64,000 bases of DNA from an uncultured Bacteroidaceae bacterium (GCA_964479445.1 CAYZMH010000005.1:7371-71370); one strand, 5' to 3'. Numbered from the stretch's first letter, positions 37,780 through 47,760 are shown. A program made the numbers and translations. Notes: generated by a model from the letters alone, not told the origin.

Positions 37780-38251
37780 ATTTTTTACGGTACACGATTA
37801 CCTTGTTGCCGATCAGTTCAAGGTTCCAGGAGGGATGAAGGAGGTGCTCTGCATGCCGGTAGTAGAGCAGGGTTCTTACACTGGTTTGCCGGTTCCGGTT
37901 TCCCTCTTTGAACTCTCCGCTGAATTCGTAACTGATGGAGTACTTATGATTTTCATGATAGATACGGATGATCTCCGTGACGGTGGCGATCACCCGGTAA
38001 ACCTCTCCGCGGTTGGTCTCGCTGTACTCATCATCAAACTCATCACTGATCACGCTGAAATTGATAATGTTCTCCAGGTAATTTTCCTTTTTTTTCGCAA
38101 AGAGCACCTCGTACCGGAGTCCGCTTTCACTCTCAAAATAGTAGGTCGATCCGGAGACGATAGAGGGAGGTTCGATGGGATAGGGTGGTACGGTATGTCT
38201 GAAATCATCCTTCAGCAGGGGCTTTTCAATATGTTCGGATGAGGTATTCAT
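37766..38251 (-). CDS. Hypothetical protein (DUF6934-like, from memory)
   Basis: 161 aa; overlaps the radA stop and the ABC ATPase start. Motifs TNRGEVYRVIATV and RTLLY. Confidence 0.6.
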   Translation of the reverse strand: MNTSSEHIEKPLLKDDFRHTVPPYPIEPPSIVSGSTYYFESESGLRYEVLFAKKKENYLENIINFSVISDEFDDEYSETNRGEVYRVIATVTEIIRIYHENHKYSISYEFSGEFKEGNRNRQTSVRTLLYYRHAEHLLHPSWNLELIGNKVIVYRKKYGNG

Positions 38252-39606
38252 CAGCCAAAGAGGTGTTTGGGGAGTTCCTGGATACGGGACAGGCGGATGG
38301 TCTCGATCTCTTTGCCACGCCCGATCCCTTTTTCGTTGAATTCCGATACATAGATCTTCCTGAATCCCAGTTTATGCGCTTCAGTAAGCCGTTGATCCAT
38401 GCGGCTGGCGGGCCTGATCTCCCCGGAGAGACCCACTTCCCCGGCAAAGCAGACCTCTTTATCCAGGGCGATATCGGCAGCGGAACTGAGGATTGCGGCT
38501 ACGATGGCCAGGTCGGCAGCCGGATCCTCCACGCGCAATCCGCCGGCAACATTCACGAAAACATCTTTGGTCGAGAGTTTGAACCGGGCCCGCTTTTCCA
38601 GCACAGCCAGCAGCATGTTAAGCCGTCGTGTGTCAAACCCGTTTGAGGTACGTTGCGGTGTGGCGTAGGCGGCGTAACTGACCAGGGCCTGGGTCTCCAC
38701 CATGAGGGGCCGGATCCCTTCGATAATGGAGGCTACCGATGAACCGCTCAGGTCGGCTGATTGCCGGTTCAGCAGAATCTCGGACGGATTAAGGATCTCC
38801 CGCAGTCCGTCGTTGCGCATTTCAAAAACTCCCAGTTCGGAAGTGGAGCCGAAGCGGTTTTTGCTGGCCCTGAGGATCCGGTACATGTGGTGGGTATCGC
38901 CCTCAAATTGCAGTACAGTATCCACAATGTGCTCCAGCACCTTGGGTCCGGCCAGGCTCCCCTCCTTGGTGATATGGCCGATGAGAATGACAGGGATACC
39001 GGTCTGCTTGGCAGTTCGAAGCAGGTGTGCCGCACACTCACGGACCTGCGAGACGCTTCCCGGGGAGGATTCGATCTCCTGGGAGTAGAGGGTCTGTATG
39101 GAGTCCACAATGACCAGTCCGGGTTCGGTCTCCCTGATCTGCCGGAGAATCGTCTGCAGGGAGGTCTCGGAGTAGACCAGGGTTTGATCGCTGTTGCCGT
39201 GGAGCCGCTCGGCCCGCATCTTCAGCTGGCGCAGACTCTCTTCCCCGGAAATGTAGAGCGTTGAACCGCTGTAACCAAGAGCGATCTGGAGTGCCAGGGT
39301 CGATTTACCGATACCCGGTTCACCCCCGATCAGGACCAGCGATCCGGGTACCAGTCCGCCCCCGAGCACCCGGTTGAATTCACCGATGGGAGTGACAGCA
39401 CGCTCAAGCCGGTCGGAACGTATTTCGGAGATCTTACCCGGTTTGGAACGGTGTGCCGGATCAGGAGCAGGATGCCGGGGAGACTCCTTTTGAATTACCT
39501 GTTCTACGAAGGTGTTCCATTCCCCGCAACTGTTACAGCGGCCGATCCATTTGGAGGATTCGGCACCGCAGTTCTGGCATACGTATACTGACTTAGTTTT
39601 TGCCAT
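38251..39606 (-). CDS. radA: DNA repair protein RadA/Sms
   Basis: CQNCG...CNSC zinc finger, GGEPGIGKST, KNRFG, GEVGLSGE. Confidence 0.98.
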   Translation of the reverse strand: MAKTKSVYVCQNCGAESSKWIGRCNSCGEWNTFVEQVIQKESPRHPAPDPAHRSKPGKISEIRSDRLERAVTPIGEFNRVLGGGLVPGSLVLIGGEPGIGKSTLALQIALGYSGSTLYISGEESLRQLKMRAERLHGNSDQTLVYSETSLQTILRQIRETEPGLVIVDSIQTLYSQEIESSPGSVSQVRECAAHLLRTAKQTGIPVILIGHITKEGSLAGPKVLEHIVDTVLQFEGDTHHMYRILRASKNRFGSTSELGVFEMRNDGLREILNPSEILLNRQSADLSGSSVASIIEGIRPLMVETQALVSYAAYATPQRTSNGFDTRRLNMLLAVLEKRARFKLSTKDVFVNVAGGLRVEDPAADLAIVAAILSSAADIALDKEVCFAGEVGLSGEIRPASRMDQRLTEAHKLGFRKIYVSEFNEKGIGRGKEIETIRLSRIQELPKHLFG

Positions 39607-39660
39607 GGCGCGGACAAAGGTTCGGGGTAAAGGTAATAATTAAGGGCGAATCCTGGCCGT

Positions 39661-40152
39661 CTAGTGCTTTTCAATTTTTTGAATGAGCGAGGAGGAAGAG
39701 TGTCCTTTCACAAACGGGATAGTGACGATTTTACCACCATAGGCAGTCACGGTTTCGTACCCGGCGATCTCCTCTTTGCGGTAATCGCCGCCCTTGACAA
39801 GCACATCGGGTTTTACCAGGCGGATAAGCTCTGAGGGGGTGTCCTCCGGGAACAGCACAACCATGTCCACCACCTGGAGTGACGCCAGCAGCAGTGCCCG
39901 GGTATCCTGGTCTTTTACCGGCCGGTTGGCCCCCTTGAGGCGCCTGACCGATTCATCGGTATTGAGTCCGACCACCAGCATATCCCCCAGGTCACGTGCA
40001 TCGGCCAGGTAGCTGGCATGTCCCAGGTGCAGAATATCAAAGCACCCGTTGGTAAATACAATTCGATGGGTTGCCCGGAACGACCTGTCCAGCCGGGACG
40101 GGAGTTCCTCCCGCTGCACGATCTTTTGCTGTATGATTTTTAGCTGGTTCAT
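39661..40152 (-). CDS. rfaE2: D-glycero-beta-D-manno-heptose 1-phosphate adenylyltransferase (stand-alone RfaE domain II)
   Basis: VFTNGCFDILHLGH, VGLNTDESVRRLKG..RP, VKGGDY, SSS. Confidence 0.88.
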   Translation of the reverse strand: MNQLKIIQQKIVQREELPSRLDRSFRATHRIVFTNGCFDILHLGHASYLADARDLGDMLVVGLNTDESVRRLKGANRPVKDQDTRALLLASLQVVDMVVLFPEDTPSELIRLVKPDVLVKGGDYRKEEIAGYETVTAYGGKIVTIPFVKGHSSSSLIQKIEKH

Positions 40153-41186
40153 TGGGGATCGATTTGAGTAACCGGCCCCGCCGACCGGTTGTTTTTCAGG
40201 AACAGGAATACCATGGAAATGCTGCCCATGGCAAGCACCAGCAGCATCTGCGAGGTGTGCTGAAGCGTGGCAAAGGCCACCGCTTCGTCTTTAGGGATCA
40301 GGTATACAAACATCAGGCCCCGGGAGACGATCCAGTGGAAAGCACCCAGTCCGCTCTGAACCGGCGCAGACATGCCCATTCCGCCGATTACCAGCAGGAA
40401 GATACCGTCCATGAACGTGAGGTGATCGGTTATACCGGGCAGGGCAAACACTACCACCCAGGTCATCATGATGTAATTAAACCATATAAAAAGCGTGTGG
40501 AAAAGAAATTCCCATTTCTTTTTCATGCGGAAAACCGTTTTCAGTCCTTCCACAATCCCCTTGATGAAATCCCGTCCTTTCATCACCATATTGAAGCGGT
40601 AAAGCTTGTTCCGGTAGATGTAGGCCAGCACTGTGACGGCAATCAGAAAAACCCCTGTGACAGACCAGAAGACTATGGTATCTCCGAAGGTGGTGGAGAT
40701 TTTATTACGAAGAGGAATGAATATGAAATCGCTGAAGAAGGTCCCGAATTGCTGAAAGCGAGCCAGCATAAGAAGGATCATAATCAGCAGCAACATGATT
40801 ACATCCAGCGCACGCTCCAGGATCACCGTTCCTATCAGGGAGTCCACCGGGATCTTCTCCTTTTTACTCAGGGTTACGCAACGCGTGATCTCCCCGATCC
40901 GGGGAAATGCAAAATTGGCCAGGTATCCGAACATCAGGGCATGATAGGTACTCCAGAATACGGGTTTCCGGTTAAGCGCTTCAATGCTGATCAGCCATCG
41001 CCTTGCCCTGCTCAGGTAGGCAAGGATGGCAAACAGGAAGGAGAGGAGAACCCATCCATAGTTTGCATGGAGGATCACCTCTTTCAATTCATCAAAGTCA
41101 ATACCCCGGAAGGCAAAGTAGAGCAAGATTATGCTCAGCCCCAGGAAGGCCAGGAAACGAAGTGTTTGGAGGATTTTTTTTCTCAA
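40149..41186 (-). CDS. Lysylphosphatidylglycerol synthase TM / flippase-like (UPF0104) protein
   Basis: SRARRW, GYLANFAFPRIGEITRC, GTVILERALD, APVQSGLGAFH; multi-TM. Confidence 0.85.
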   Translation of the reverse strand: MRKKILQTLRFLAFLGLSIILLYFAFRGIDFDELKEVILHANYGWVLLSFLFAILAYLSRARRWLISIEALNRKPVFWSTYHALMFGYLANFAFPRIGEITRCVTLSKKEKIPVDSLIGTVILERALDVIMLLLIMILLMLARFQQFGTFFSDFIFIPLRNKISTTFGDTIVFWSVTGVFLIAVTVLAYIYRNKLYRFNMVMKGRDFIKGIVEGLKTVFRMKKKWEFLFHTLFIWFNYIMMTWVVVFALPGITDHLTFMDGIFLLVIGGMGMSAPVQSGLGAFHWIVSRGLMFVYLIPKDEAVAFATLQHTSQMLLVLAMGSISMVFLFLKNNRSAGPVTQIDPQ

Positions 41187-41193
41187 GGCGAAG

Positions 41194-41544
41194 TCAGATC
41201 AATTTGTTGGTAGTGGTGTCGGGGAAGATCATAACCGGCTGAAAAGATCTTGCTTCTTCAAAATCCATGGAGGCATAGGAGATAATGATCACGATATCAC
41301 CAACTGCCACCTTACGGGCGGCCGGACCGTTCATGCAGATCTGCCCGCTGCCGCGTTCACCTTTGATCACGTAAGTTTCCAGCCGTTCACCATTATTGAT
41401 ATTGACCACCTGGACTTTTTCATTCTCAATGATCCGGGAAGCATCCATCAGTTCTTCATCAATGGTAATGCTGCCCACATAGTTCAGATCGGCTTCGGTT
41501 ACAGTGACCCGGTGTATTTTCGATTTGACAAGTTCAACGTTCAT
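41194..41544 (-). CDS. panD: Aspartate 1-decarboxylase
   Basis: [37 protein letters not shown]. Confidence 0.98.
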   Translation of the reverse strand: MNVELVKSKIHRVTVTEADLNYVGSITIDEELMDASRIIENEKVQVVNINNGERLETYVIKGERGSGQICMNGPAARKVAVGDIVIIISYASMDFEEARSFQPVMIFPDTTTNKLI

Positions 41545-41548
41545 GGTG

Positions 41549-41556
41549 CAAAATTA
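41549..41556 (-). promoter_or_regulatory. -7 box directly upstream of panD (probable leaderless mRNA)
   Basis: Minus strand TAATTTTG-CACC-ATG. Confidence 0.55.
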
Positions 41557-42396
41557 ATGAAAATAAATGTTATCAATAAGTCTGACCGCACCTAATTGAA
41601 CAGCTACGCAACCCACTTTGTTCACCTGTTCATTCCAGGATCTGACAGGATTAAGATCCTGATCATCAACAATTTCAAAATATTCCACCTGCATTTCCGG
41701 GTGCTGGTTCAGGGTATCGGTCACCCATTTTTTCAGGGCAGCGGGAGAGAGCTCGTCCTGTTTTTCTCTTGCTTTGCGGAGGGTTCGTGCAATTTCAGGG
41801 GCAATCTTCCGCTCCTTTTCCGAAAGTAACCGGTTCCGGGAACTCATTGCCAGACCATCGGGTTCGCGGATGATCGGACAGGGGATGATCTCTACCTCCA
41901 TCCCCAGTTCGCGGGTGAGTTTGCGAATGACAGCCACCTGCTGGAAATCCTTTTTTCCGAAATAAGCCCGGGTAGGACGGATGATCTCAAAGAGTTTGCT
42001 TACCACCTGTGCTACGCCGTTAAAATGGCCCGGACGGTGTTTCCCTTCCATGATGCGGTCAAGGGGTGACAGGTCGAAGGAACGGGTGTCCTCTTCGGGA
42101 TAGATCTCCTCTAACGGGGGAATGAACACCATGTCCACCGGAAAGTCTTCCAGGATCTTTAAATCCTGCTGCTTGTCCCTGGGATAGCTCTCAAGATCGG
42201 CGGGATTATTAAACTGGGTCGGATTTACAAAGATACTTACAACCACCCGCTCATTCTCCCTGCAGGCACATTCCACCAGGGACAGGTGACCCCGGTGGAG
42301 GGCTCCCATGGTTGGTACAAAACCAATGGTGCACCCCTCCTCCAGCACCGACCCGGCATAGGCTGCCGCATTATCTCGTGTAGTCAGGATTTCCAT
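41554..42396 (-). CDS. panC: Pantoate--beta-alanine ligase
   Basis: GFVPTMGALHRGH, SIFVNPTQFN, RPGHFNGV, FGKKDFQQ, GLAMSSRN, RLIDN. Confidence 0.98.
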   Translation of the reverse strand: MEILTTRDNAAAYAGSVLEEGCTIGFVPTMGALHRGHLSLVECACRENERVVVSIFVNPTQFNNPADLESYPRDKQQDLKILEDFPVDMVFIPPLEEIYPEEDTRSFDLSPLDRIMEGKHRPGHFNGVAQVVSKLFEIIRPTRAYFGKKDFQQVAVIRKLTRELGMEVEIIPCPIIREPDGLAMSSRNRLLSEKERKIAPEIARTLRKAREKQDELSPAALKKWVTDTLNQHPEMQVEYFEIVDDQDLNPVRSWNEQVNKVGCVAVQLGAVRLIDNIYFH

Positions 42397-42594
42397 AATC
42401 AGGGAGCAAAGATAACCAATCCTTTTATCCGTGGTCCTTCTACCCGGATTTTTGATCGCTCCAAAATGATCAGCAACAGACCTGTTCAGCGATAGTATCT
42501 GTTTGTGGTCATGCAGAAATGTTAAGACAGTCAGCTCCTTGAGGTATCAATAATTTTTAGTAAATTTGCACGTCTAAAACAAGTCCTGCAGATA

Positions 42595-43404
42595 ATGGAA
42601 AGTGTAAAAGTTTTATTTGTTTCCCAGGAGATTACCCCCTACCTGCCCGAAAATGAGATGTCACATATCGGAAGATATTTACCCCAGGGCATTCAGGATA
42701 CCGGGAAAGAGATACGAACTTTTATGCCGCGATACGGCAACATCAATGAGCGGAGAAACCAGTTGCATGAAGTGATACGCTTATCCGGTATGAACCTGAT
42801 CATTGATGATACCGATCACCCGTTGATCATCAAGGTAGCTTCTATACAATCGGCCCGCATGCAGGTCTATTTCATTGATAATGAAGACTATTTCAGTCGA
42901 AAATCTATGGTAAAAGATGGCAGCGGCACGCATTATAAAGACAATGATGAACGGATGATCTTTTTCGCACGCGGTGTCCTGGAGACGGTTCGTAAGCTTC
43001 GATGGTCGCCTGACCTGGTTCATTGCCATGGCTGGTTTACCTCGCTGGTTCCCCTCTACCTTAAGAAAGCCTACCGGGAAGATCCCCTCTTCTCCACCTC
43101 CAGGGTGGTTTTCTCACTGTATGATAACGGGTTTGAAGAACCGCTGGACCACCGTTTCCATGAAAAAGCGATGCTTGACGGGGTGAGCAAAGAGGATCTC
43201 TCCACGGTTCATGAGCCCACCTATGAAAACCTGGTTAGACTGGCCCTGCAGCATTCCGATGCATCCATCCAGGGCAGTCCGAACCTGCCCGACGGGGTAA
43301 TGGGTGCGGTCACCGAGTCAGGGAAGCCATTCCTGGAATACCAGTCGCCGGAAGAATATATCGGGGAATATTCCGTTTTTTATGATAAAATCCTTAATTC
43401 CTAA
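42595..43404 (+). CDS. Glycogen/starch synthase N-terminal (GT5) domain-only protein
   Basis: KVLFVSQEITPY, RTFMPRYG, VYFIDNEDYF, PDLVHCHGW; only 269 aa and lacks the KxGG motif. Confidence 0.85.
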   Translation: MESVKVLFVSQEITPYLPENEMSHIGRYLPQGIQDTGKEIRTFMPRYGNINERRNQLHEVIRLSGMNLIIDDTDHPLIIKVASIQSARMQVYFIDNEDYFSRKSMVKDGSGTHYKDNDERMIFFARGVLETVRKLRWSPDLVHCHGWFTSLVPLYLKKAYREDPLFSTSRVVFSLYDNGFEEPLDHRFHEKAMLDGVSKEDLSTVHEPTYENLVRLALQHSDASIQGSPNLPDGVMGAVTESGKPFLEYQSPEEYIGEYSVFYDKILNS

Positions 43405-43415
43405 CGCAGCGTAAT

Positions 43416-44801
43416 ATGATGAAGCAATTGACAGGGGCGGACCAGATGATGATACGCTTCCGACTACGAATGATAATTCTCATCCCCTTCCTTCTATTTA
43501 TGATCTCCTCGTGTGAACCTGATGAAAACAACCTGGGGGTGGATCTGTTGCCCCCGGGAGACAGTATATCGCTTTATACCGACACGATCCTGGATTTTGA
43601 GACTTCCCTGGTGATGGCCAACCCGGTAATCACTTCCGTTAATAGAAATAACATTGACACAGAGCGTGAATACCTGCTGGGCAGTATGAGTGACTCGGCA
43701 TTTGGAACCGCGAAGGCCGACATGCTAACCCAGTTCAACATATTCACCGAGGCAGAATTCGGAACGGAACCCGTTATCGATTCGGTGGTGTTGTGGCTCC
43801 ATGTGGGGAGTGTGGAAGGAGATTCTGCGAAAACCATGCAGCTCAGTGTATATGAATCCTTTGAACAGCTCTCTTATGACAGCATCTACTACCACACCTA
43901 TACGCCGGACGGGAATTTTAATCCGGTTCCCCTTGTGCAGGAGCAGGTGGAGCTGATTGCTGACAGCACCTATGAGTTTGTCATCGAGGATGAAGATTTT
44001 TATGATAAAATTGTCGCGGCAGCCACCGATTCGGTGTTTGTAAGTGACTCCCTGATGAAATCGGTTTTCCGGGGCCTTTACATCACGGTTGAACAGGTAA
44101 CCGGTGGAGGTGCATTTGCCGGTCTGCAGATGGCAGCTCCCACATCACGGCTGGGATTCCGGTATCTGCCCGATAGCGTGGGTATCGATACGGCGGAGTA
44201 TATCGACTATGACTGGTACAGCATGCGGTTTGATGAATCCAGTGCACAGAAGGTAAACATGTTCACCCACGATTACACCGGGACACCGCTGGCAAATCTA
44301 ATCAATAATCCGGATGCCGATTCCCCGATTGGTTATATCCAGGGAATGGGAGGGGTCAACATGCGGGTTACTGTGCCCGGACTCAAAGATATGCTGGACA
44401 GCCTGGTGACCATCAACCAGGCCCGACTGGTATTCCAGGTGGTTCCCGATTCTGTTTCAGGGATCGCGGTGGAAGATTACCCGGAACGGACCATGCTGGT
44501 CAGGGAGATCGCTGAAGGGAAAGAGCAGGTGATCTACGATTACATGATCAATTCCACCGCCTCCTCCTTTGGAAAATTAACAAGGGTCATCGGTTCCAGT
44601 GCATTTCTCGATGCCGGTTATGAATATCCTTTCAGGCTTATGCGTCATTTCCAGTCGGTATTATCCAGCGACCTGGAAAATGACAGTTTCATCCTCCGGA
44701 TATACAATCCCGCCAGTACAGGAAAATTTATCAAAGTATGGAGCAACCATTCCGGGGAGGAGCAGCGTCTTAGACTGGAACTCATTTATTCGAGACTTTA
44801 A
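43416..44801 (+). CDS. DUF4270 family lipoprotein
   Basis: Lipobox ISSC followed by EPDENNLG; YLLGSMSDSAFG and YIQGMGG motifs; lies between the GT5 gene and glmS. Confidence 0.8.
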   Translation: MMKQLTGADQMMIRFRLRMIILIPFLLFMISSCEPDENNLGVDLLPPGDSISLYTDTILDFETSLVMANPVITSVNRNNIDTEREYLLGSMSDSAFGTAKADMLTQFNIFTEAEFGTEPVIDSVVLWLHVGSVEGDSAKTMQLSVYESFEQLSYDSIYYHTYTPDGNFNPVPLVQEQVELIADSTYEFVIEDEDFYDKIVAAATDSVFVSDSLMKSVFRGLYITVEQVTGGGAFAGLQMAAPTSRLGFRYLPDSVGIDTAEYIDYDWYSMRFDESSAQKVNMFTHDYTGTPLANLINNPDADSPIGYIQGMGGVNMRVTVPGLKDMLDSLVTINQARLVFQVVPDSVSGIAVEDYPERTMLVREIAEGKEQVIYDYMINSTASSFGKLTRVIGSSAFLDAGYEYPFRLMRHFQSVLSSDLENDSFILRIYNPASTGKFIKVWSNHSGEEQRLRLELIYSRL

Positions 44802-44805
44802 GTGT

Positions 44806-46641
44806 ATGTGTGGAATAGTTGGTTATATCGGTGCGAAGAATGCGTACCCCATTCTTCTTAAAGGACTTCAAAGATTGGAATATCGCGGATACGACTCGGC
44901 GGGGGTCGCGTTGCAGAACGATACGACTCAAATCTATAAAAAGAAGGGAAAAGTATCGGATCTTGAAGATTATGTAACGGGAAAGAATATTACGGGTTCC
45001 ATCGGAATCGGTCATACCCGCTGGGCAACCCATGGCGAACCCAATGACATCAACGCTCATCCTCATCACTCCCAGAACGGACTCTTCACCCTTATTCACA
45101 ATGGGATTATAGAAAACTACACCTACCTTAAGAACAGCCTGGAGGAACAGGGAGTGCGTTTTTACAGTGATACCGATACCGAAGTGCTGGTCAATCTAAT
45201 TGAGTACATTTACCAGGCCCAGAAGGTAACTGCAGAGATTGCGGTTCGCCTGGCACTATCCAAGGTGGTGGGGGCGTACGGACTGGTGATTCTTTGCAGA
45301 GAAGAGCCGGATAAGATCATTGCTGCCCGCAACAGCAGTCCGCTTGTAATCGGACTGGGCGATAACGAGTATTTCCTGGCTTCCGATGCTACCCCGATCA
45401 TCGAATATACCGACCGGGTGATCTACCTGAACAACGATGATGTAGCGATCATAAAGCGCGACGAGCTCATTTTAAAAAACCTCAAGAACGACATTTTGGA
45501 ACCCCATGTTCAGAAACTGGACCTGGGTATCTCGGAAATTGAAAAAAACGGGTACGATCATTTCATGCTCAAGGAGATTTTTGAGCAGCCCCGTTCCATT
45601 AAGGACACATTCCGCGGGCGGCTGCAACCCGATCAGAACCAGATCAAGCTGGGTGGGCTGCATGAGGTAACCGATAAATTGCTTGAGGCCAAACGGATCA
45701 TTATTGTTGCCTGCGGTACTTCCTGGCATGCCGGACTGGTAGGGGAGTACCTTTTTGAGGACCTGGCAAGGGTGCAGGTGGAGGTGGATTATGCCTCTGA
45801 ATTCAGGTACCGTAACCCCGTGATCAATCCGGATGATATCGTTATTGCCATCAGTCAGAGTGGCGAGACCGCCGATACCCTGGCCGCCATTCATCTTGCC
45901 AAAGAGGCTGGAGCTACTGTGCTGGGGATATGCAACGTGGTGGGTTCGTCTATCTCCAGGGAGACTCACGCAGGAGTTTACACCCATGCAGGTCCGGAGA
46001 TCGGTGTGGCTTCCACCAAGGCGTTTACCGCGCAGGTGACCGTGCTATCCATGATGGCCCTGATGATCGGGAGGAAAAAAGAGCTCATCAGCCGGGAACG
46101 ATTTGCCACATTGCTGAATGAACTGGAGGAGATTCCGTCAAAAATAGAAACGATCCTGGAACAGAACGATCATTTCCATAAGATCGCTGATATCTACAAG
46201 AGTGTATCCAATGCCCTCTACCTGGGAAGGGGAGTATCCTACCCGGTTGCCCTGGAAGGGGCTCTGAAGTTGAAAGAGATCTCCTACATACATGCGGAGG
46301 GATACCCCGCCGCAGAGATGAAGCACGGTCCGATTGCCCTGATCGATGAGAACATGCCGGTGGTATTTATTGCCACCAAAGACAACTCCTACGAAAAGAT
46401 CGTCAGCAACATACAGGAGGTGAAAGCAAGGAACGGGATTGTGATCGCTATTGTAACAGAAGGGGACGATGCCATTGAGAGAATGGCCGATCACGTGATT
46501 GAGATCCCCCCCACCGATCCGACCCTGATCTCGCTGCTCTCGGTAATTCCACTGCAACTTATTGCTTACCATATTGCGGTGATGCGCGGGTGCAACGTGG
46601 ACCAGCCCCGCAATCTGGCCAAATCAGTGACCGTAGAATAG
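44806..46641 (+). CDS. glmS: Glutamine--fructose-6-phosphate aminotransferase
   Basis: The true start MCGIVG is at 44806; LEYRGYDSAG, GHTRWATHG, SQSGETADT, PRNLAKSVTVE. Confidence 0.98.
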   Translation: MCGIVGYIGAKNAYPILLKGLQRLEYRGYDSAGVALQNDTTQIYKKKGKVSDLEDYVTGKNITGSIGIGHTRWATHGEPNDINAHPHHSQNGLFTLIHNGIIENYTYLKNSLEEQGVRFYSDTDTEVLVNLIEYIYQAQKVTAEIAVRLALSKVVGAYGLVILCREEPDKIIAARNSSPLVIGLGDNEYFLASDATPIIEYTDRVIYLNNDDVAIIKRDELILKNLKNDILEPHVQKLDLGISEIEKNGYDHFMLKEIFEQPRSIKDTFRGRLQPDQNQIKLGGLHEVTDKLLEAKRIIIVACGTSWHAGLVGEYLFEDLARVQVEVDYASEFRYRNPVINPDDIVIAISQSGETADTLAAIHLAKEAGATVLGICNVVGSSISRETHAGVYTHAGPEIGVASTKAFTAQVTVLSMMALMIGRKKELISRERFATLLNELEEIPSKIETILEQNDHFHKIADIYKSVSNALYLGRGVSYPVALEGALKLKEISYIHAEGYPAAEMKHGPIALIDENMPVVFIATKDNSYEKIVSNIQEVKARNGIVIAIVTEGDDAIERMADHVIEIPPTDPTLISLLSVIPLQLIAYHIAVMRGCNVDQPRNLAKSVTVE

Positions 46642-46705
46642 GAAGGAATCATTTAAAGATCCCATTCTGTAGAAGCATGAACAGGTGCATTTTTATTAGC
46701 ATCAG

Positions 46706-47749
46706 TTACTTCCCATACTGTTTTTCATAGTAAGAGACATAGGCACCGGAGGTGACATGGTCGAGCCAGGTTTCGTGCTCCAGGTACCACTCCACCGTCT
46801 TTTCCAACCCCTCTTCAAAGGTGACCGAGGGCTGCCAGCCCAGTTCCCGTAAGATTTTGGAACTGTCTATCGCATACCGCCTGTCGTGCCCTGCCCGGTC
46901 TTTCACAAAGGTGATCAGGGAGGCGCAGCTTCCGGGATCCCTCTCCAGTTTTTGGTCCATGATGGAACACAGCAGCCGGATCAGTTCAATGTTCCTCCAT
47001 TCATTATTACCCCCGATGTTGTAGGTTTCACCGGGTTTCCCACGATGATAAACCACATCGATGGCAGCAGCATGATCCTCCACGTAGAGCCAGTCCCGGA
47101 TATTCTCCCCTTTTCCGTAAATGGGAATGCTTTTCCGGTGTTTGATATTGTTGATGGCCAGGGGTATCAATTTCTCGGGGAACTGGTGAGGTCCGTAATT
47201 GTTGGAGCAATTGGAGATTACCACCGGGAGTCCGTATGTATTGCGATAGGCCCTTACCAGGTGATCGGAGCTGGCCTTGGAGGCTGAGTAGGGACTTCTC
47301 GGATCATACGGTGTATCCTCTGTGAAGTAGCCGGTCTCTCCCAGGCTGCCGTAGACCTCATCGGTGGAGATATGGTAGAAGAGGTGTTCGCCATCGTTCC
47401 AGCTGGTCCGGCAGGCATTCAGAAGGTTCACTGTCCCCTCGATGTTCGTTTTGATAAATGCCAGCGGATCGCTTATGGACCGGTCAACATGAGATTCCGC
47501 GGCCAGGTGGATCACCCCGTCAACGGAATGTTCTTCAAAAAATTGATCCACGAACGCAGCATCGGTGATGTCGCCCCGGATAAAGCGGTAGTTTTCCGCA
47601 TCCTCCAGGTCCTTTAAATTCTCCAGGTTACCCGCATAGGTGAGGGCATCCAGGTTGATGATCCGGTATTCGGGATGATTTGTCACAAAACGGCGAACCA
47701 CGTGTGATCCGATAAAACCGGCTCCTCCGGTAATGACAATGGTTTTCAT
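46706..47749 (-). CDS. rfbB: dTDP-glucose 4,6-dehydratase
   Basis: Start MKTIVITGGAGFIGS at 47749; HLAAESHVDRSI, STDEVYG, YSASKA, NCSNNYGP. Confidence 0.97.
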   Translation of the reverse strand: MKTIVITGGAGFIGSHVVRRFVTNHPEYRIINLDALTYAGNLENLKDLEDAENYRFIRGDITDAAFVDQFFEEHSVDGVIHLAAESHVDRSISDPLAFIKTNIEGTVNLLNACRTSWNDGEHLFYHISTDEVYGSLGETGYFTEDTPYDPRSPYSASKASSDHLVRAYRNTYGLPVVISNCSNNYGPHQFPEKLIPLAINNIKHRKSIPIYGKGENIRDWLYVEDHAAAIDVVYHRGKPGETYNIGGNNEWRNIELIRLLCSIMDQKLERDPGSCASLITFVKDRAGHDRRYAIDSSKILRELGWQPSVTFEEGLEKTVEWYLEHETWLDHVTSGAYVSYYEKQYGK

Positions 47750-47760
47750 GGGTACTGTTT

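Noticed and set aside
40152-41213. 353 aa plus-strand ORF
   Set aside because: Antisense shadow of the flippase-like gene.
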